DNA from: an uncultured Chloroflexia bacterium
Lineage (GTDB): Bacteria; Chloroflexota; Limnocylindria; Limnocylindrales; CSP1-4
Assembly: GCA_963813335.1 (NCBI GenBank)
Contig: CAWEYL010000001.1
Span: 64,001-128,000, forward strand
Reading direction: 5' to 3'
DNA length: 64,000 nt
Each line of letters starts with the position of its first letter. Position 1 is the stretch's first letter. The translations under genes and the position numbers were made by a program. Shown here one piece after another: positions 1 to 11,500 of the stretch. A model generated the notes under the pieces. The model saw only the letters and a list, made by a program, of their open reading frames with translations. It was not told where the DNA came from and ran no database searches.

Positions 1-577
1 GTACGTCGACATGAACACCGCCGGGACGCTCGACCCGACCGTCCTCACCGGCGATGACCGGATCGGCCTCAACGCCTTCTCGGCCGGCGCCGCGCCGTTC
101 TACGCGACGGGCCCGAACCTGGCCCGCCAGGTCAAGGACACCAACGCCACCCTGTACGGCAACCTCGGCATGGTCCCCTCGCCGCTCGGCAAGTCCGGCG
201 TCGCGGGCAAGGGCCTGATGTCGATCTCAGTCAAGAAGGACACCAAGTACCCGAACGCGTCCATCGCGCTCGCGCAGTTCTTCACGAACCCGCGGAGCAT
301 GGTCGAGTTCTCCAAGAAGGTCGCCATCTACCCGTCGTCGCCCTCGGCGTATGACGACCCGTTCTTCTCGACCCCGCCCACCGCCATCGAGGATGCGGCC
401 CGCGGCATCGCGAAGGAGACCGTCGCGACCTACCAGGACATCGTCCCGACCGTCCCGAACAAGGCCGACGTCAACGACATCGTCCGCAAGGCGGTCGAGT
501 CGGCGCTGTTCAACAAGGTCGCCCCGCAGGCGGCCCTCGACCAGGCCGTGGCGGACGCGAACAAGCTCACCAAGTAG
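1..577 (+). CDS. Sugar ABC transporter substrate-binding protein, C-terminal part (runs off window start)
   Basis: SBP-type C-terminus (LAQFFTNP...PQAALDQA), followed by two carbohydrate permeases. Confidence 0.8.
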   Translation, partial: YVDMNTAGTLDPTVLTGDDRIGLNAFSAGAAPFYATGPNLARQVKDTNATLYGNLGMVPSPLGKSGVAGKGLMSISVKKDTKYPNASIALAQFFTNPRSMVEFSKKVAIYPSSPSAYDDPFFSTPPTAIEDAARGIAKETVATYQDIVPTVPNKADVNDIVRKAVESALFNKVAPQAALDQAVADANKLTK

Positions 578-621
578 GCCTCACCGGCCCGCGACCCAGG
601 TCCCCCGGGTCGCACCCGATC

Positions 622-651
622 GCTGGCCCGTCCCATCCGGGGCGGGCCAGC
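622..651 (+). terminator. GC-rich stem-loop after the SBP gene (attenuator or mRNA stabiliser)
   Basis: gctggcccgtccc-atcc-ggggcgggccagc hairpin with no U-tract. Confidence 0.5.
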
Positions 652-704
652 CTCGTCACCGCGTCGACGACGCCCCCGACGCGGCACCATGCACGGGACA
701 GGAC

Positions 705-1584
705 ATGACCAGGAAGACCTCGTTCACGCCCTACACGTTCCTGCTGCCGGCGCTCGTGCTGCTCGGCATCTTCGTCGTGTACCCGATCATCGCGGTCGTC
801 TACTACAGCTTCACCGACTACGACATCGCCACCCCGCCGGTCTGGGTGGGCCTCGACAACTTCGCCAGAGCTGCTCGATGACGAGACCTTCCGGCTGGCG
901 GTCGTCCACTCGTTCGTCTACCTGCTGGTCACGCCGATCCTGATCTTCCTCTCGATCGTGCTGGCGATCATCGTCAACCGCCGGATGCGCGGCATCCACA
1001 TCTTCCGGGCGCTCTACTTCGTGCCCGCGGTCAGCGGCAGCATCGCCATCGGCCTCGCCTGGCGCTGGATCTTCGACCGCAACGGCTTCCTCAACGGGAT
1101 CCTCCAGTCGTGGGGGATCATCGACAAGCCCGTCTCGTGGCTGACCGAGCCGTCGCTGGTCCTGCCGATCGCGATGCTGCTCACGATCTGGGCGGGCGTC
1201 GGCTACTACTCGGTCATCTTCCTGGCCGGGCTCCAGAACATCCCCGAGGAGCTCTACGACGCGGCCCGCATCGACGGCTGCAGCGACTTCCAGAAGCACC
1301 GCTACGTGAGCCTGCCCGGGCTGCGGCCGCAGATCGTCTTCGTGGCGGTCATCTCGAGCCTCGCCGCGCTCAAGGTCTTCGACGAGATCTACGTCCTGAC
1401 CAACCGGACCGGCGGGATCCTCGACAGCGGCGTGACGATGGTCTTCTACCTCTGGAAGCAGGCGTTCATCAACAGCCACGCGGGCTACGCGTCGGCCATC
1501 GCCATCGCGCTCCTGGCCATCACCCTGGTCTTCTCGATCTTCAACGTGCGGCTGCTCGAGCGGGGCCAGGAGGGCGAGGCATGA
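705..1584 (+). CDS. Carbohydrate ABC permease (MalF-like), apparent +1 frameshift near 868
   Basis: MTRKTSFTPY...WVGLDNF continues as LLDDETFRLA in the next frame; EAA-like loop ELYDAARIDG. Confidence 0.85.
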
Positions 1585-2483
1585 GCCAGGCGCCGATGAT
1601 CCAGATCGCCCAGCCCGTGGCGGAGCTCCAGCAGGTGCGCCGGCGGCGGGCGCTGCGCCCGAGGGCGATGGCCGGGAGCGCGCTCTGGTACGTCGTCCTG
1701 CTGCTCCTCGCGGCCATCACGGTCTTCCCGTTCTTCTGGATGCTGATGACCTCGCTGAAGGGCCCGGGCGACCCGGTCTACTCGATCCCGCCGCAGATCT
1801 TCCCGCGCGACCCGACGCTCGCGGCCTACCAGCGGGTGCTCGAGACGCTGCCGATCCCGACGTTCTTCCTCAACAGCCTGATCGTGGCGGTCGCGGTGGG
1901 GCTGCTCAACGTGCTGGTCGCCGCGATGGCCGCGTACCCGCTCGCGAAGATGCGCTTCCGCGGCCGCTCGACCATCTTCTACGCGCTGCTCGCGACGCTG
2001 ATCGTGCCGGCCCAGCTGACCTACATCCCGAGCTTCGTGCTGGCGGTCAACGTCTTCCACTACTACGACACGCTGCCGGCGCTGATCCTCCCGAACCTGG
2101 TCAGCGCGTTCAACATCTTCCTGCTGCGCCAGGCGTTCCGGGGCGTCCCCAACGACCTCATCGACGCCGCCCGCGTCGACGGGGCCGGGGAGTGGCGGAT
2201 CTGGTGGTCGATCCTGCTGCCCATCGTCCGGCCGTCGCTGGCGGCGGTCGCGATCTTCACGTTCGTCACGTCCTGGAACGACTTCCTGTGGCCGTCGCTG
2301 ATGCTCCATACGAAGGAGGGGCTGACGCTGCCGGTCGGGCTGGCCGCGCTGCAGAGCTTCTTCCAGTCCGACTTCCGCTCGATCGCGGCCGGGGTGACCA
2401 TCACGGTCGTGCCGATCCTGCTGTTCTTCATCGTGGTCCAGCGCTACTTCGTGCGCGGGCTGGCGGGCGCGGTCAAGGGGTGA
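1581..2483 (+). CDS. Carbohydrate ABC permease (MalG-like)
   Basis: ATGA overlap with the upstream gene; DLIDAARVDGAG loop; ends GAVKG. Confidence 0.9.
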   Translation: MSQAPMIQIAQPVAELQQVRRRRALRPRAMAGSALWYVVLLLLAAITVFPFFWMLMTSLKGPGDPVYSIPPQIFPRDPTLAAYQRVLETLPIPTFFLNSLIVAVAVGLLNVLVAAMAAYPLAKMRFRGRSTIFYALLATLIVPAQLTYIPSFVLAVNVFHYYDTLPALILPNLVSAFNIFLLRQAFRGVPNDLIDAARVDGAGEWRIWWSILLPIVRPSLAAVAIFTFVTSWNDFLWPSLMLHTKEGLTLPVGLAALQSFFQSDFRSIAAGVTITVVPILLFFIVVQRYFVRGLAGAVKG

Positions 2484-4103
2484 CGGCCGGGGCGGCAGCC
2501 GACGCCGGTCCCGCGGCGGTCCTCGGCCGGGTGATGGTGGCGTTCGACGGCGACCGGCTGCCGGCCTGGGTGGCCGAGCGCCTGGACGCCGCGCCGGTCG
2601 CGGGGATGACCGTGTTCCGGCACCTCAACGTCCGGTCGCCGGGCGGGTTCCGCGAGCTGGCCGAGGCCTTCCAGGCCGCCGGGCGCCCCGACCCGTTGCG
2701 GCCTCGGCTGATCGCGGCCGACCAGGAGGGCGGCCAGCTCCAGGCGCTCGGCGACGGCCCGACCCAGTTCGCCGGCAACATGGCCATCGGGGCCACCGAC
2801 GACCCGGCCCTCGCCGAGCGGGTCGGCGAGGCCATCGGGCTCGAGGCTCGCGCGATGGGCGTCAACGTGGTCTATGCCCCGGTCCTCGACGTCGCCAGTG
2901 CGCCGGCGAATGCGGCGATCGGGATCCGTTCGTTCGGCGACGACCCGGCCCGTGTCGCGGCGCTCGGCGTCGCGTTCCTGGGCGGGTTGCGGCGAGCCGG
3001 CGTGGCCGCCGCGGTCAAGCACTTCCCGGGCCTGGGCGACACGGACACGGACACGCATCACGCGCTGGCGGTCGTGCGCGCCCCGCGCGAGCGGCTCGAG
3101 GCGGTGGACCTGCTGCCCTTCCGGGCCGCGATCGACGCCGGCGTGCCGATGGTGATGTCCAGCCACGTGGCGGTGCCCGCGCTGAACGACGGGGCGCTGC
3201 TGGCGTCGACGCTGGCGCCGGCGGTCATGACCGGGCTGCTCCGGGGGTCGTACGGGTTCGGCGGCGTGACCATCAGCGACGCGCTGGACATGGCGGCCAT
3301 CGCGCAGGGCGAGGCGCAGGCGGACGCGGTCCTCGCCGCGGTGCGCGCCGGGGTCGACCTGCTGCTGTGCGGGCCCGACCGCGACGCGCAGCGGCGGATC
3401 GAGGCGGCGTTGCTCGCCGGCGCCCGGGACGGCCGGATCGACCCGCTGGCGGACGCCGCGGCCCGGGGCCGGATCGACGCCCTGCGCCGCTGGCTCGGCG
3501 AGGCCGGGGCGCCGCCGGACCTGGCCATCGTGGGTGGGGCGGCCCATGCGCGCCCTCGCGCGCGAGCTCGCCGAGCGGTCGCTGACGCTGGTTCGCGACG
3601 AGGCGCGGTCGCTACCGCTCGCCCTGTCCGCGGAGGCGACCGTCCTGGCCGTGATGCCGACCCCGACCGACCTGACCCCGGCCGACACGTCCTCGACGGT
3701 CACGCCGGGGCTCGCCGCCGCCCTGCGGACGCGGTTCGGACGGGTCGACGAGGTCGTCACGGGCGCGGCTCCGAGCGATGCCGAGATCGCGGCGATCCGC
3801 GAGCCGGGTGGGCGCGGCGGATGCCGTGGTCGTCGGCACCATCGACGGCGACCCGCGAGCCGCGCCAGCTCGCCCTGCTCGAGGCGGTCGCGGCGGCGGC
3901 CGGTCCGCGGCCGGTGGTCGCGGTCGCGCTGCGGACGCCGTGGGACGTGGCCAGGTACCCGGCCGGGATCGCCGCGGTCTGCACCTACTCGATCCACGCG
4001 GCATCGCTGGTCGCGCTCGCGGGCGCGCTCTCGGGCGCCATCCCGTTCGCGGGCCGGCTGCCGGTCGCGCTGGACGGCGGTCAGCGCGGCTGCCCGTCGA
4101 TGA
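2480..4103 (+). CDS. nagZ: GH3 beta-N-acetylhexosaminidase (NagZ-like), several apparent +1 frameshifts in the C-terminal domain
   Basis: ADQEGG, RSFG, KHFPGLG..DTH and ISDALDM motifs; C-terminal domain split across frames near 3550, 3802, 3850 and 4076. Confidence 0.8.
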
Positions 4104-5141
4104 GCCTCCACGACGAGATCCTCGAGCAGCCGGCGGTCGCGGCCAGGTTCCTCGCGTCGCAGCACGGCGCCATCGACGCGCTGGCCGGCGCCCTCCGCGA
4201 CCGGCGCGACCGGATCGAGCACGTCGTCATCGCGGCCCGCGGCTCGTCGGACCACGCCGCCATCTATGCGCAGTACGTCCTCGGCGTGCGCCACGGGCTG
4301 ACCGCCGGGCTCGCGACGCCGTCGATGGTCTCGCTCTACGGCGCCGACCCCGGGCTCGCCCACACGCTGGTCGTCGCCATCAGCCAGTCGGGGGCGTCGC
4401 CCGACATCGTCGCCGTCGTCGAGGCGGCCCGGCGCCAGGGCGCGCCGTCCGTCGCGATCACCAACGACACCGGGTCGGCGCTGGCTGCCGCCGCCGACTG
4501 GACGATCGATCTGTCCGCCGGCCCGGAGCGACTCGATCGCGGCGACCAAGACGTACACCGCCTCGCTCCTGGCGATCGCCGCGCTGTCGGCGGCGCTGGG
4601 GGACGAGGCCGACCGGCGGGCGCTGGCGTCGATGCCGGACGCGATCGCGTCGGTGCTCGAGCTCGAAGGCTCGATGGTCGCCATCGCCGAGGCGCACGCG
4701 CACGCCGACCGCCTGCTCGTGGTCGCCCGCGGCTACGAGTACGCGACCGCGCGCGAGTGGGCGATCAAGATCAAGGAGCTGGCGCACGTCTTCGCCGACC
4801 CGTACTCCGCCGCGGACTTCCAGCACGGTCCGGTGGCGCTGGTCGAGCCGGGGGTCCCGGTCGTCGTGGTCGTGCGCGCGGGGCCGACGGCGGCCGACCT
4901 GGTCGAGTTGCTGGTGCGGCTCCGCGACGACTTCGCTGCCGACGTGACCGTGCTGTCGGACGTGCCCGAGGCGCTGGCCGTGGCGACTCGGCCGGTGCCG
5001 CTGCCGGCGGTCGCCGCAGAGTGGCTGGCCCCCATCGCGACGATCGTCGCGGGACAGCTGCACGCGCTGCACCTGACCCGGGCGCGGGGGCTGGACCCCG
5101 ACGCGCCGCGGAGCATCAGCAAGGTGACCCGCACCCGCTGA
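4100..5141 (+). CDS. SIS-domain protein, GlmS-like glucosamine-6-phosphate deaminase/isomerase (frameshift near 4531)
   Basis: EILEQP, ARGSS, ISQSGAS, SIAATKTY, KIKE, FQHGP and SKVT motifs; no glutaminase domain. Confidence 0.8.
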
Positions 5142-5199
5142 CCGTCCTGGTGGCTGGCGGGCGGTGCCCCGCGCCCGCCCGTGTCCCCCGGCCCGCTAC

Positions 5200-5381
5200 C
5201 CGGCAGAACGACCACGGAGAGAACGCTATGGCCGGTTCTCGGTTCGTCCGGCCGGTCCGACACGGTCGCGGCGCCCCACCCCGGGCACTGTCACGCACGC
5301 TCGAAAGGTCCGGATGGCGGTCACGGCGCGAAGCGGGCGTCACGACCGGCCATTACGTTCTGTGGATGAGCGTTGTGCCAG
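5200..5381. repeat. 182-bp intergenic element with 37-bp imperfect terminal inverted repeats (MITE/REP-like), copy 1
   Basis: Arms 5200-5236 and 5345-5381 match 27/37 as reverse complements; related copy at 19184-19364. Confidence 0.7.
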
Positions 5382-5457
5382 GTACGGGCCGACCCGGGCA
5401 GAGCCGAGGAGCCGAGGGCCGCGGCCCGATCGGTCCGGCGGCAGCCGCCCCTGGGCC

Positions 5458-6399
5458 CTAGAGGCCGCTGTAGGCGTGCAGGCCGCTGAACCAGAGCGAC
5501 CCCGAATACGTCACCAGCACCATCCCGAACCCGACGACCAGCAGCAGTGCGGCCGGCCGGCCGGCCCATGAGCGCTGGTTGCGGGCGTGCAGGTAGACCG
5601 CGTAGATGAGCCACGTGACGAGCGCGGCGGTCTCCTTCGGGTCCCAGCCCCAGTAGCGGGACCAGGCGATCGACGCCCACCACGACCCGAGGATGATCAT
5701 CGTGGCGAAGATGGGGAAGCCGATGATCACCGACTTGTAGGCGACCTCGTCGAGCACCTTGTGCGACGGCAGCCAGGCGAACCGGTCGCCCTGGCCCTGG
5801 ACCAGGTACGCGACGCCGGCCGCGAAGCTCGTGGCGAAGATGCCGTACGCGGTGACGGCCATGCCGACGTGGATGGTCAGCAGCGGCGCGTTCTGGAGCG
5901 CGGGCACCAGCGGCTTGATGTCGGACGGGAGGCTCGACGCGTACAGCAGCATCGCGAGCGCCACGCCGGTGGGGATGAAGCCGATCGAGCGGATCGGGTA
6001 GCGCCGCTGGAGGAACAGGTAGCCGCCGATCATCGAGAACGCGAACGCGACGCTGAACTCGAACATGTTGCCCCACGGCCCGCGACCGACCACGATGGCG
6101 CGCGCCAGCAGCGACGCCCCGAGGGCCAGCCAGGCCACGAACGTGATGCCGATGGCGGCCTTGGACAGCGGGCTCGGCGAGGCGAAGGTCGTGGGTCCGC
6201 CCGACGCGGCGCGCTCCTGGCTCGAGACGAACGAGCCGGTGACGACGCCGGCATAGGCCGGCTGCGACGCAGGCATGAGGGCCGGGATCGTCCGGCGGCC
6301 GTTGGCGAGCATGACCGCGTGGCCCACGAACGCCGCGAAGCCGATGGCGATCAGCAGGGTCCCCACGCTGAACAGCGCTGAGGACAGCTGTGGCAGCAC
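5458..6399 (-). CDS. Cytochrome c biogenesis system II protein (CcsA/ResC family, WWD domain)
   Basis: GSWWA..AWSRYWGWDPKET WWD motif, GRGPWGNMFEF, terminal GLHAY. Confidence 0.92.
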   Translation of the reverse strand: MLPQLSSALFSVGTLLIAIGFAAFVGHAVMLANGRRTIPALMPASQPAYAGVVTGSFVSSQERAASGGPTTFASPSPLSKAAIGITFVAWLALGASLLARAIVVGRGPWGNMFEFSVAFAFSMIGGYLFLQRRYPIRSIGFIPTGVALAMLLYASSLPSDIKPLVPALQNAPLLTIHVGMAVTAYGIFATSFAAGVAYLVQGQGDRFAWLPSHKVLDEVAYKSVIIGFPIFATMIILGSWWASIAWSRYWGWDPKETAALVTWLIYAVYLHARNQRSWAGRPAALLLVVGFGMVLVTYSGSLWFSGLHAYSGL

Positions 6400-6401
6400 G
6401 G

Positions 6402-6884
6402 TCAGGCGACCGCGGCGCCGCCGGGCTTCGGCCCGACGCTGGAGCGGACCGCGACGGCGCGTGGCACGACCTTGAGGACGAGGCCGCAGTTGGTGCACGT
6501 GTCGACGACGGCGGCCCGGCCCAGGTCGCACATCGGGCAGATCACCGCGAGCTCCTCGTGGCACGTGTCGCAGCGGGTCGCGCCCGACGGGTAGACGAGG
6601 GCATCGCGGCGGCAGTAGGGGAGGCCCTTGGGGAAGACGGGCAGCCCGCCGGCGTCGAGCTCGGCGACCCGCGGACCTTCCTCGAAGGCGACCTTCACCC
6701 GCGGCTTGCGGGCGAGGTAGACCACCGATCCGAGCATGACGGCGGTGATGAACGGCCCCACGACGCCGACGAAGATGAGCACGGGCAGGATGCTGATGAG
6801 CCAGCCCCAGTCGGGCATGACGAACTGGGCCGTGATGTCGAGGATCGTCGTCCAGATGCCGTTGAGCGTATCGATCAGGCTCAC
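6402..6884 (-). CDS. Membrane protein with C-terminal double zinc ribbon
   Basis: Hydrophobic N-terminus; CRRD, CDTC, CPMC and CTNC motifs; TAGGAT -10 lies 6 nt before the GTG. Confidence 0.7.
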   Translation of the reverse strand: MSLIDTLNGIWTTILDITAQFVMPDWGWLISILPVLIFVGVVGPFITAVMLGSVVYLARKPRVKVAFEEGPRVAELDAGGLPVFPKGLPYCRRDALVYPSGATRCDTCHEELAVICPMCDLGRAAVVDTCTNCGLVLKVVPRAVAVRSSVGPKPGGAAVA

Positions 6885-6909
6885 ATCCGCATCCTAGCAG
6901 TCGAGGCCG

Positions 6910-7521
6910 TCAGTCGCGGGCGGCCGACCGTGGCGCCCGCTTCGGGTTCCCCTTCTTGACGGTCGCGCCGCGCCCCGGTTCCCAGCGGCCCGCGTCGGGG
7001 TCGTCGTCCTCGGACGGCTCGCGCGGGACCGGCCGCGGCTTCGTCGCCGGCTTCGCCGGCTTCGACTTCGCGCCAGTGGGCGGGCGGCCGCTCCCGACGC
7101 GGTCGAGCCGGCCGAGCAGCCAGTCCGCACCGGCCGTCCGCGCGCCCCGGGCGTGGAGGAGCGCCTTCAGCTCGCGGTCGTTGGTGACCACCAGGATCGC
7201 CGCGGTCCCGGCCGGCCCGTCGGTGGCGCGGGTCTCCTCGACCAGCGACAGGAGCACGGCGTCGGCCGTGCGCGGCCCCGAGTAGCGGACCCGCAGCCCC
7301 GACGCGATGCGCTCGTTGCGCAGCCCCCGCTCGCCGGGCCCGTCGAAGACGACATCGATGGCGACCGCCGGCGGCACGGCCCCGCGCAGCCGGCCGATGA
7401 GCGCCGACCCCGGCGCGGCGCCGGGTGCGCGCGACATCGCGAACAGCAGGTTCGTGCCGTCGACCAGCAGCCACTCGGTCTCGGCGAGCGGGTCGGTGGG
7501 GCGGGCGGGGCGTTTCGACAT
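6910..7521 (-). CDS. NYN/YacP-like PIN-domain ribonuclease
   Basis: LLVDGTN, VVFDG, TADAVL and VVTND motifs. Confidence 0.75.
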   Translation of the reverse strand: MSKRPARPTDPLAETEWLLVDGTNLLFAMSRAPGAAPGSALIGRLRGAVPPAVAIDVVFDGPGERGLRNERIASGLRVRYSGPRTADAVLLSLVEETRATDGPAGTAAILVVTNDRELKALLHARGARTAGADWLLGRLDRVGSGRPPTGAKSKPAKPATKPRPVPREPSEDDDPDAGRWEPGRGATVKKGNPKRAPRSAARD

Positions 7522-7644
7522 CGGAGCCATCGTACGCGGGCGGGCGCCGCGGCCACGAGGCGGACGTCGCCGCCACGGGCGGGCGCCAGCGCCACGGGCG
7601 GGCGCCGCCCCACGCCCCGTCGTCCGCGCCGCTACCCTCCGGGG

Positions 7645-8493
7645 GTGAGCCTCCTCCTGCTGGTCGATCTCGACGGCGTCGTCTACCGCGGCGCCGACCC
7701 CGTCCCGGGCGTCGCGGCCGTCCTCGCCGATCGCGCGGCCCGCGGCGACGACGTCGTGTACGTGACGAACAACTCGATGCACTACCACGACGACTACGTG
7801 ACCCGCCTCTCGGCGATGGGCGCGCCGATCACCGCGGACACGGTGGTCTCGTCGGCCCGGGCGACGGCGATCCACATCGCCAGCCACGAGCCGGGCGTCC
7901 GGCGCGTGCTCGTCCTGGGGGCCGGCGGCCTGGAGCGCGAGCTGCGCGACGCCGGCCTCGACGTCGTGACGGCCGGCCACGCGGCAGCCCGGATGCACCA
8001 GGAGGGCATCGACGGCTGGACGGCGGCCGGGGCGCCGGACGCGGTCGTGACCGGGCTCGACCCGAACCTCACCTACCTGCGGCTCGCCGCGGCCGCCGAC
8101 TGCGTCCGCGCCGGCGCCCGCTTCATCGCCACCAACCGCGACCCCGTCTACCCGACGGAGCGCGGCCTGCGGCCGGGGGCCGGGAGCATCGCGGCCGCGC
8201 TCGAGGCGACGACGGGCGTCGTCCCGTACACGATCGGCAAGCCCGGGCCGCACCTGCTGGAGCTGGCGGCCGAGGCGGTCGGCCGCGACCCGCGGGACGC
8301 GGTGATGATCGGCGACGGGATCGCGACGGACCTCGCCGCGGCACGCGCCGTTGGCGCGAGGTGCGTCCTGATGCTGACCGGCGTGACCACCGCGGCCGAG
8401 GTCGCGGCGCTGCCCGAATCCGACCGGCCGACGGCCGTGGCCGAGGATGCGGCCGGACTGGCCGCTGCGCTCGAGGCGCTCACGACCGCCTGA
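7645..8493 (+). CDS. HAD-IIA family hydrolase (NagD-like)
   Basis: DLDGVVY, VTNNS, IGKP and MIGD..TD motifs. Confidence 0.9.
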   Translation: MSLLLLVDLDGVVYRGADPVPGVAAVLADRAARGDDVVYVTNNSMHYHDDYVTRLSAMGAPITADTVVSSARATAIHIASHEPGVRRVLVLGAGGLERELRDAGLDVVTAGHAAARMHQEGIDGWTAAGAPDAVVTGLDPNLTYLRLAAAADCVRAGARFIATNRDPVYPTERGLRPGAGSIAAALEATTGVVPYTIGKPGPHLLELAAEAVGRDPRDAVMIGDGIATDLAAARAVGARCVLMLTGVTTAAEVAALPESDRPTAVAEDAAGLAAALEALTTA

Positions 8494-8517
8494 CGCAGGA
8501 CGCGACAGCCAGGCCGG

Positions 8518-11500
8518 CTAGGCCAGCTCGGCCACCTCGGTCCCGCTCGACGGTCCCGTGGCTGCCACGCCGCCGGGCGCTTCGGCGCCGCCCGGATCGC
8601 CGGGCTCGCCGAGCAGCGCGTCGAAATGCGCGACCACCGGAGCGGCCCCGAGCTCGACGGTGATCTCGCGACCTCGCCGGCCGATCGTGCGGATCTCGCC
8701 ATGGTCCGGTCCCAGGGTCGCGAGCGCGCACCACGCCGTCCACGCCTCGTCCCACAGAACCCCGCCGTCGCGCCATGCGGCCATCGCCGCCCGGAAGCCG
8801 GCGATCGCCTCGGCCGTCCGCCCCTCGAGGGCATCGATGCCCGCGCCGATGGCCTGCCGCTCGATCTCGAGGACCTGGCCGCGGACCCCGAGCGCATCGA
8901 GCCGGGCGATCGCCTCGCGAGCGCCCGCGGCATCACGTGCCAGCAGGGCCGCCCGTGCCGCGCGCGGCAGCGCGAACGGCGCGTTCGTGTCGCTCGCGTC
9001 GGCCTGCTTGAACCATTCGTCGCGGGCCACCGGGTAGCGGCCCTCCACCAGCGCGACCCAGCCGTCGAGGTCCAGCGCGGTGTTCGCGTAGTCGGTGTCG
9101 CCGACGAAATCGATGTCGGCGTGGACCTGTTTGACGACGTCCCTCCAGCCGGGAGCCGCGCGCAGGGTGGCGATCACGGCCCCGGCGAATCCCATCGCGA
9201 CCCGGTGGAGCGACGACAGCTCCGTGTCCTCGAAATGCGCGGCTTGCGACTCGTGCCACGCCCATTCGCCGAGGCGGATGGCGTCTTCCCCGGCATTGCT
9301 GATCAGGGTGATCTCGAAGTCGCGTCGCCCGATCCGGCGGGCGAAGGCGATCCCCTCGATCTCCATCTCCCAGGTCGCCCGCACGTCGCGGGTCGCGAGG
9401 ACCAGCGACAGGCCGGTGATGGCCCGGCTCTCCATCAACGGGAAGCCGTTCTCCTGCGAGACGCGGCGCGCCGTGTCGAGCAGGCTCAGCCCCTCGACCG
9501 AGCGGCCGTGCTGGCTCAGGATGTTGCCCTTGGTGATCAGCGATTCGGCGATGACCTCGAACAGCTCGAGCGGCTCGGCGATCTCGAGCGCCCGATCCGC
9601 GAGGGCCAGGGCCTCGAAGTAGCGCTGTTCGAGCGAGCGGACCCGCGCCAGGATCGCGATGAGCTGGGACAGGTCCGCGTCGTCGGCGACGCCCGGAGCC
9701 TTGGAGACGGCCGGCTCGAGGATGGCCGATGCGCGTTCGGTGAGCCGGCCCGAGAGCAGGCCCTGGGCGAGCGCCACGGTGGTGCGGTAGACCGCCTTGT
9801 CGTCGCCGAGCGAGCGGCGGATCTCGATCGCCTCGGTCAGCGGCGGCTCGGCGAGGTCCGGGCGAGCGGCCGACGTCGCGGCGCGGCCGAGCCGTTCGAG
9901 GATCGCGGCCCGTTCCGCGGGCTCGGCCTTGATCTCCTTCGCCTGGGTCAGGAACGCGATGGCCTGCTCGGGCGACCCGAGCGCGGTCGCGCGGTCGGCG
10001 GCGCCCACCAGCGCGAGCCGGGCCTGGACCGCGAGCGCGTCGCCCTCCGGCCCGTCCGGCACGGCCTCGTAGGCGGCGACGTAGTGGGCGGCGAGGGCGC
10101 CGGCCAGCTCGTCCTCGCCGAGCGATTCGAAGAAGCGGGCGGCCGCCAGATGGCGCGACCGCCGGTCGCGCTTGGCCAGCGTCGCGTAGGCGACCTCGCG
10201 GATCAGCGCCTGCACGAACGCGTACTGGCCCAGCTCCGGCGAGCGCGGGTCGACCCGCTGGTCGAGGAGCTCCATGTCGCCGAGCGCGCGCAGGCGGGGC
10301 TCGATCGCCTCGGGCGGCTGCCCCGCGACGGCTGACAGCCCGGCGAGGGTGAAGCTCTGGCCGAGGACCGCCGCGTCCTGGAGCAGCGCCCGGTCGGCCG
10401 CCGGCAGGCCGTCGAGGCGGGCGGCGATGAGCGCCTGGAGCGTCTCCGGCACCGCGAGCTCGCCGAGTTCGCCGATCGGCTCGTAGCGGCCTTCGACCTC
10501 GCGCAGGCGGCCGTCGGCGACGAGCATCCGGACGGTCTCGACGGCATAGAGCGGGATCCCATCCGCGCGGGCGACGATGGAGCGCGCGGTCGCGGTCGCG
10601 AGCCCCGGGACCAGGCCGGCGAGCAGCTCGAGCATCGAGGCCTCGTCGAGCGGCTCCAGCCCGAGCGCCAGGAAGTTGCGCCGCCCCGCGCCCCAGTCGG
10701 GCCGGCGGGTCAGCAGGTCCGGCCGGGCGAGCGTGATGATCAGGATCGGGACGCCGCGGCTCCACTCGAGCATGTGGTCGATGAAGTCGAGCTGGCCGGC
10801 ATCGGCCCAGTGCAGGTCCTCGAAGGCGAGGACGACGATCCCCGTCGAGGCGAGCCGCTCGAAGAACGTCCGCCAGGCGCGGAACAGCTCGTCGCGCCCG
10901 CCAGCGGGCGCCTCGCCGACGCCGAGCAGGGCGAGGAGGGCCGGCTCGATCCAGCGCCGCTCCCCTTCGTCCGGCACGTGCTCGATGACCGTCGCCGCCA
11001 CCTTCTCCCGGGTCGTCGCCGGATCGTCCGTCTCGATCAGCCCGCAGCGGGCGCGGACCATCTCGCCGAGCGCCCAGAAGGTGATCCCCTCGCCGTAGGC
11101 GGGCGAGCGCCCGTCGTGCCACCAGATGCCTTCGACGAGCCCATCGAGGTACTTCTCGAGCTCCCAGGTCAGGCGCGACTTGCCGATCCCGGCCTGGCCG
11201 GTGATCGACACGAGCCGGGCGCGGTGCTCGCGCGAGGTCGCGTGGAACAGGTCCTTGAGCAGGCGCAGCTCCGTGTCGCGCCCGACGAACGGCGCTTCGA
11301 GGCGGTCCGACCGGCCGCGCCCCTTGCGCTCGGCCACGACGCGCAGCGCGCGCCAGGCCGCGACCGGCGCCTCCTTGCCCTTGAGGACCGTGTCGCCAGC
11401 ATCCTCGAAGGTGATCGAGGACGCGGCTGCGCGGTGGGTCGCCTCGCCGACGAGCACGGTGCCCGGGGCCGCGACCGACTGCAGGCGCGAGGCGGTGTTG

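Noticed and set aside
5181-5369. Small ORFs containing the shared peptide RTLWP (also 19090-19338)
   Set aside because: The similarity comes from the DNA inverted-repeat arms and appears on both strands; there is no coding signature.
2192-5461. 1089-aa NagZ-SIS fusion ORF
   Set aside because: Product of frameshifts. Removing one base near 4076 gives a stop at 4103 overlapping the SIS ATG, and the rest reads out of frame.
7570-7610. Short direct repeat gccacgggcgggcgcc x2 between the NYN and HAD genes
   Set aside because: Only two GC-rich copies; could be slippage or chance, with no supporting regulator.
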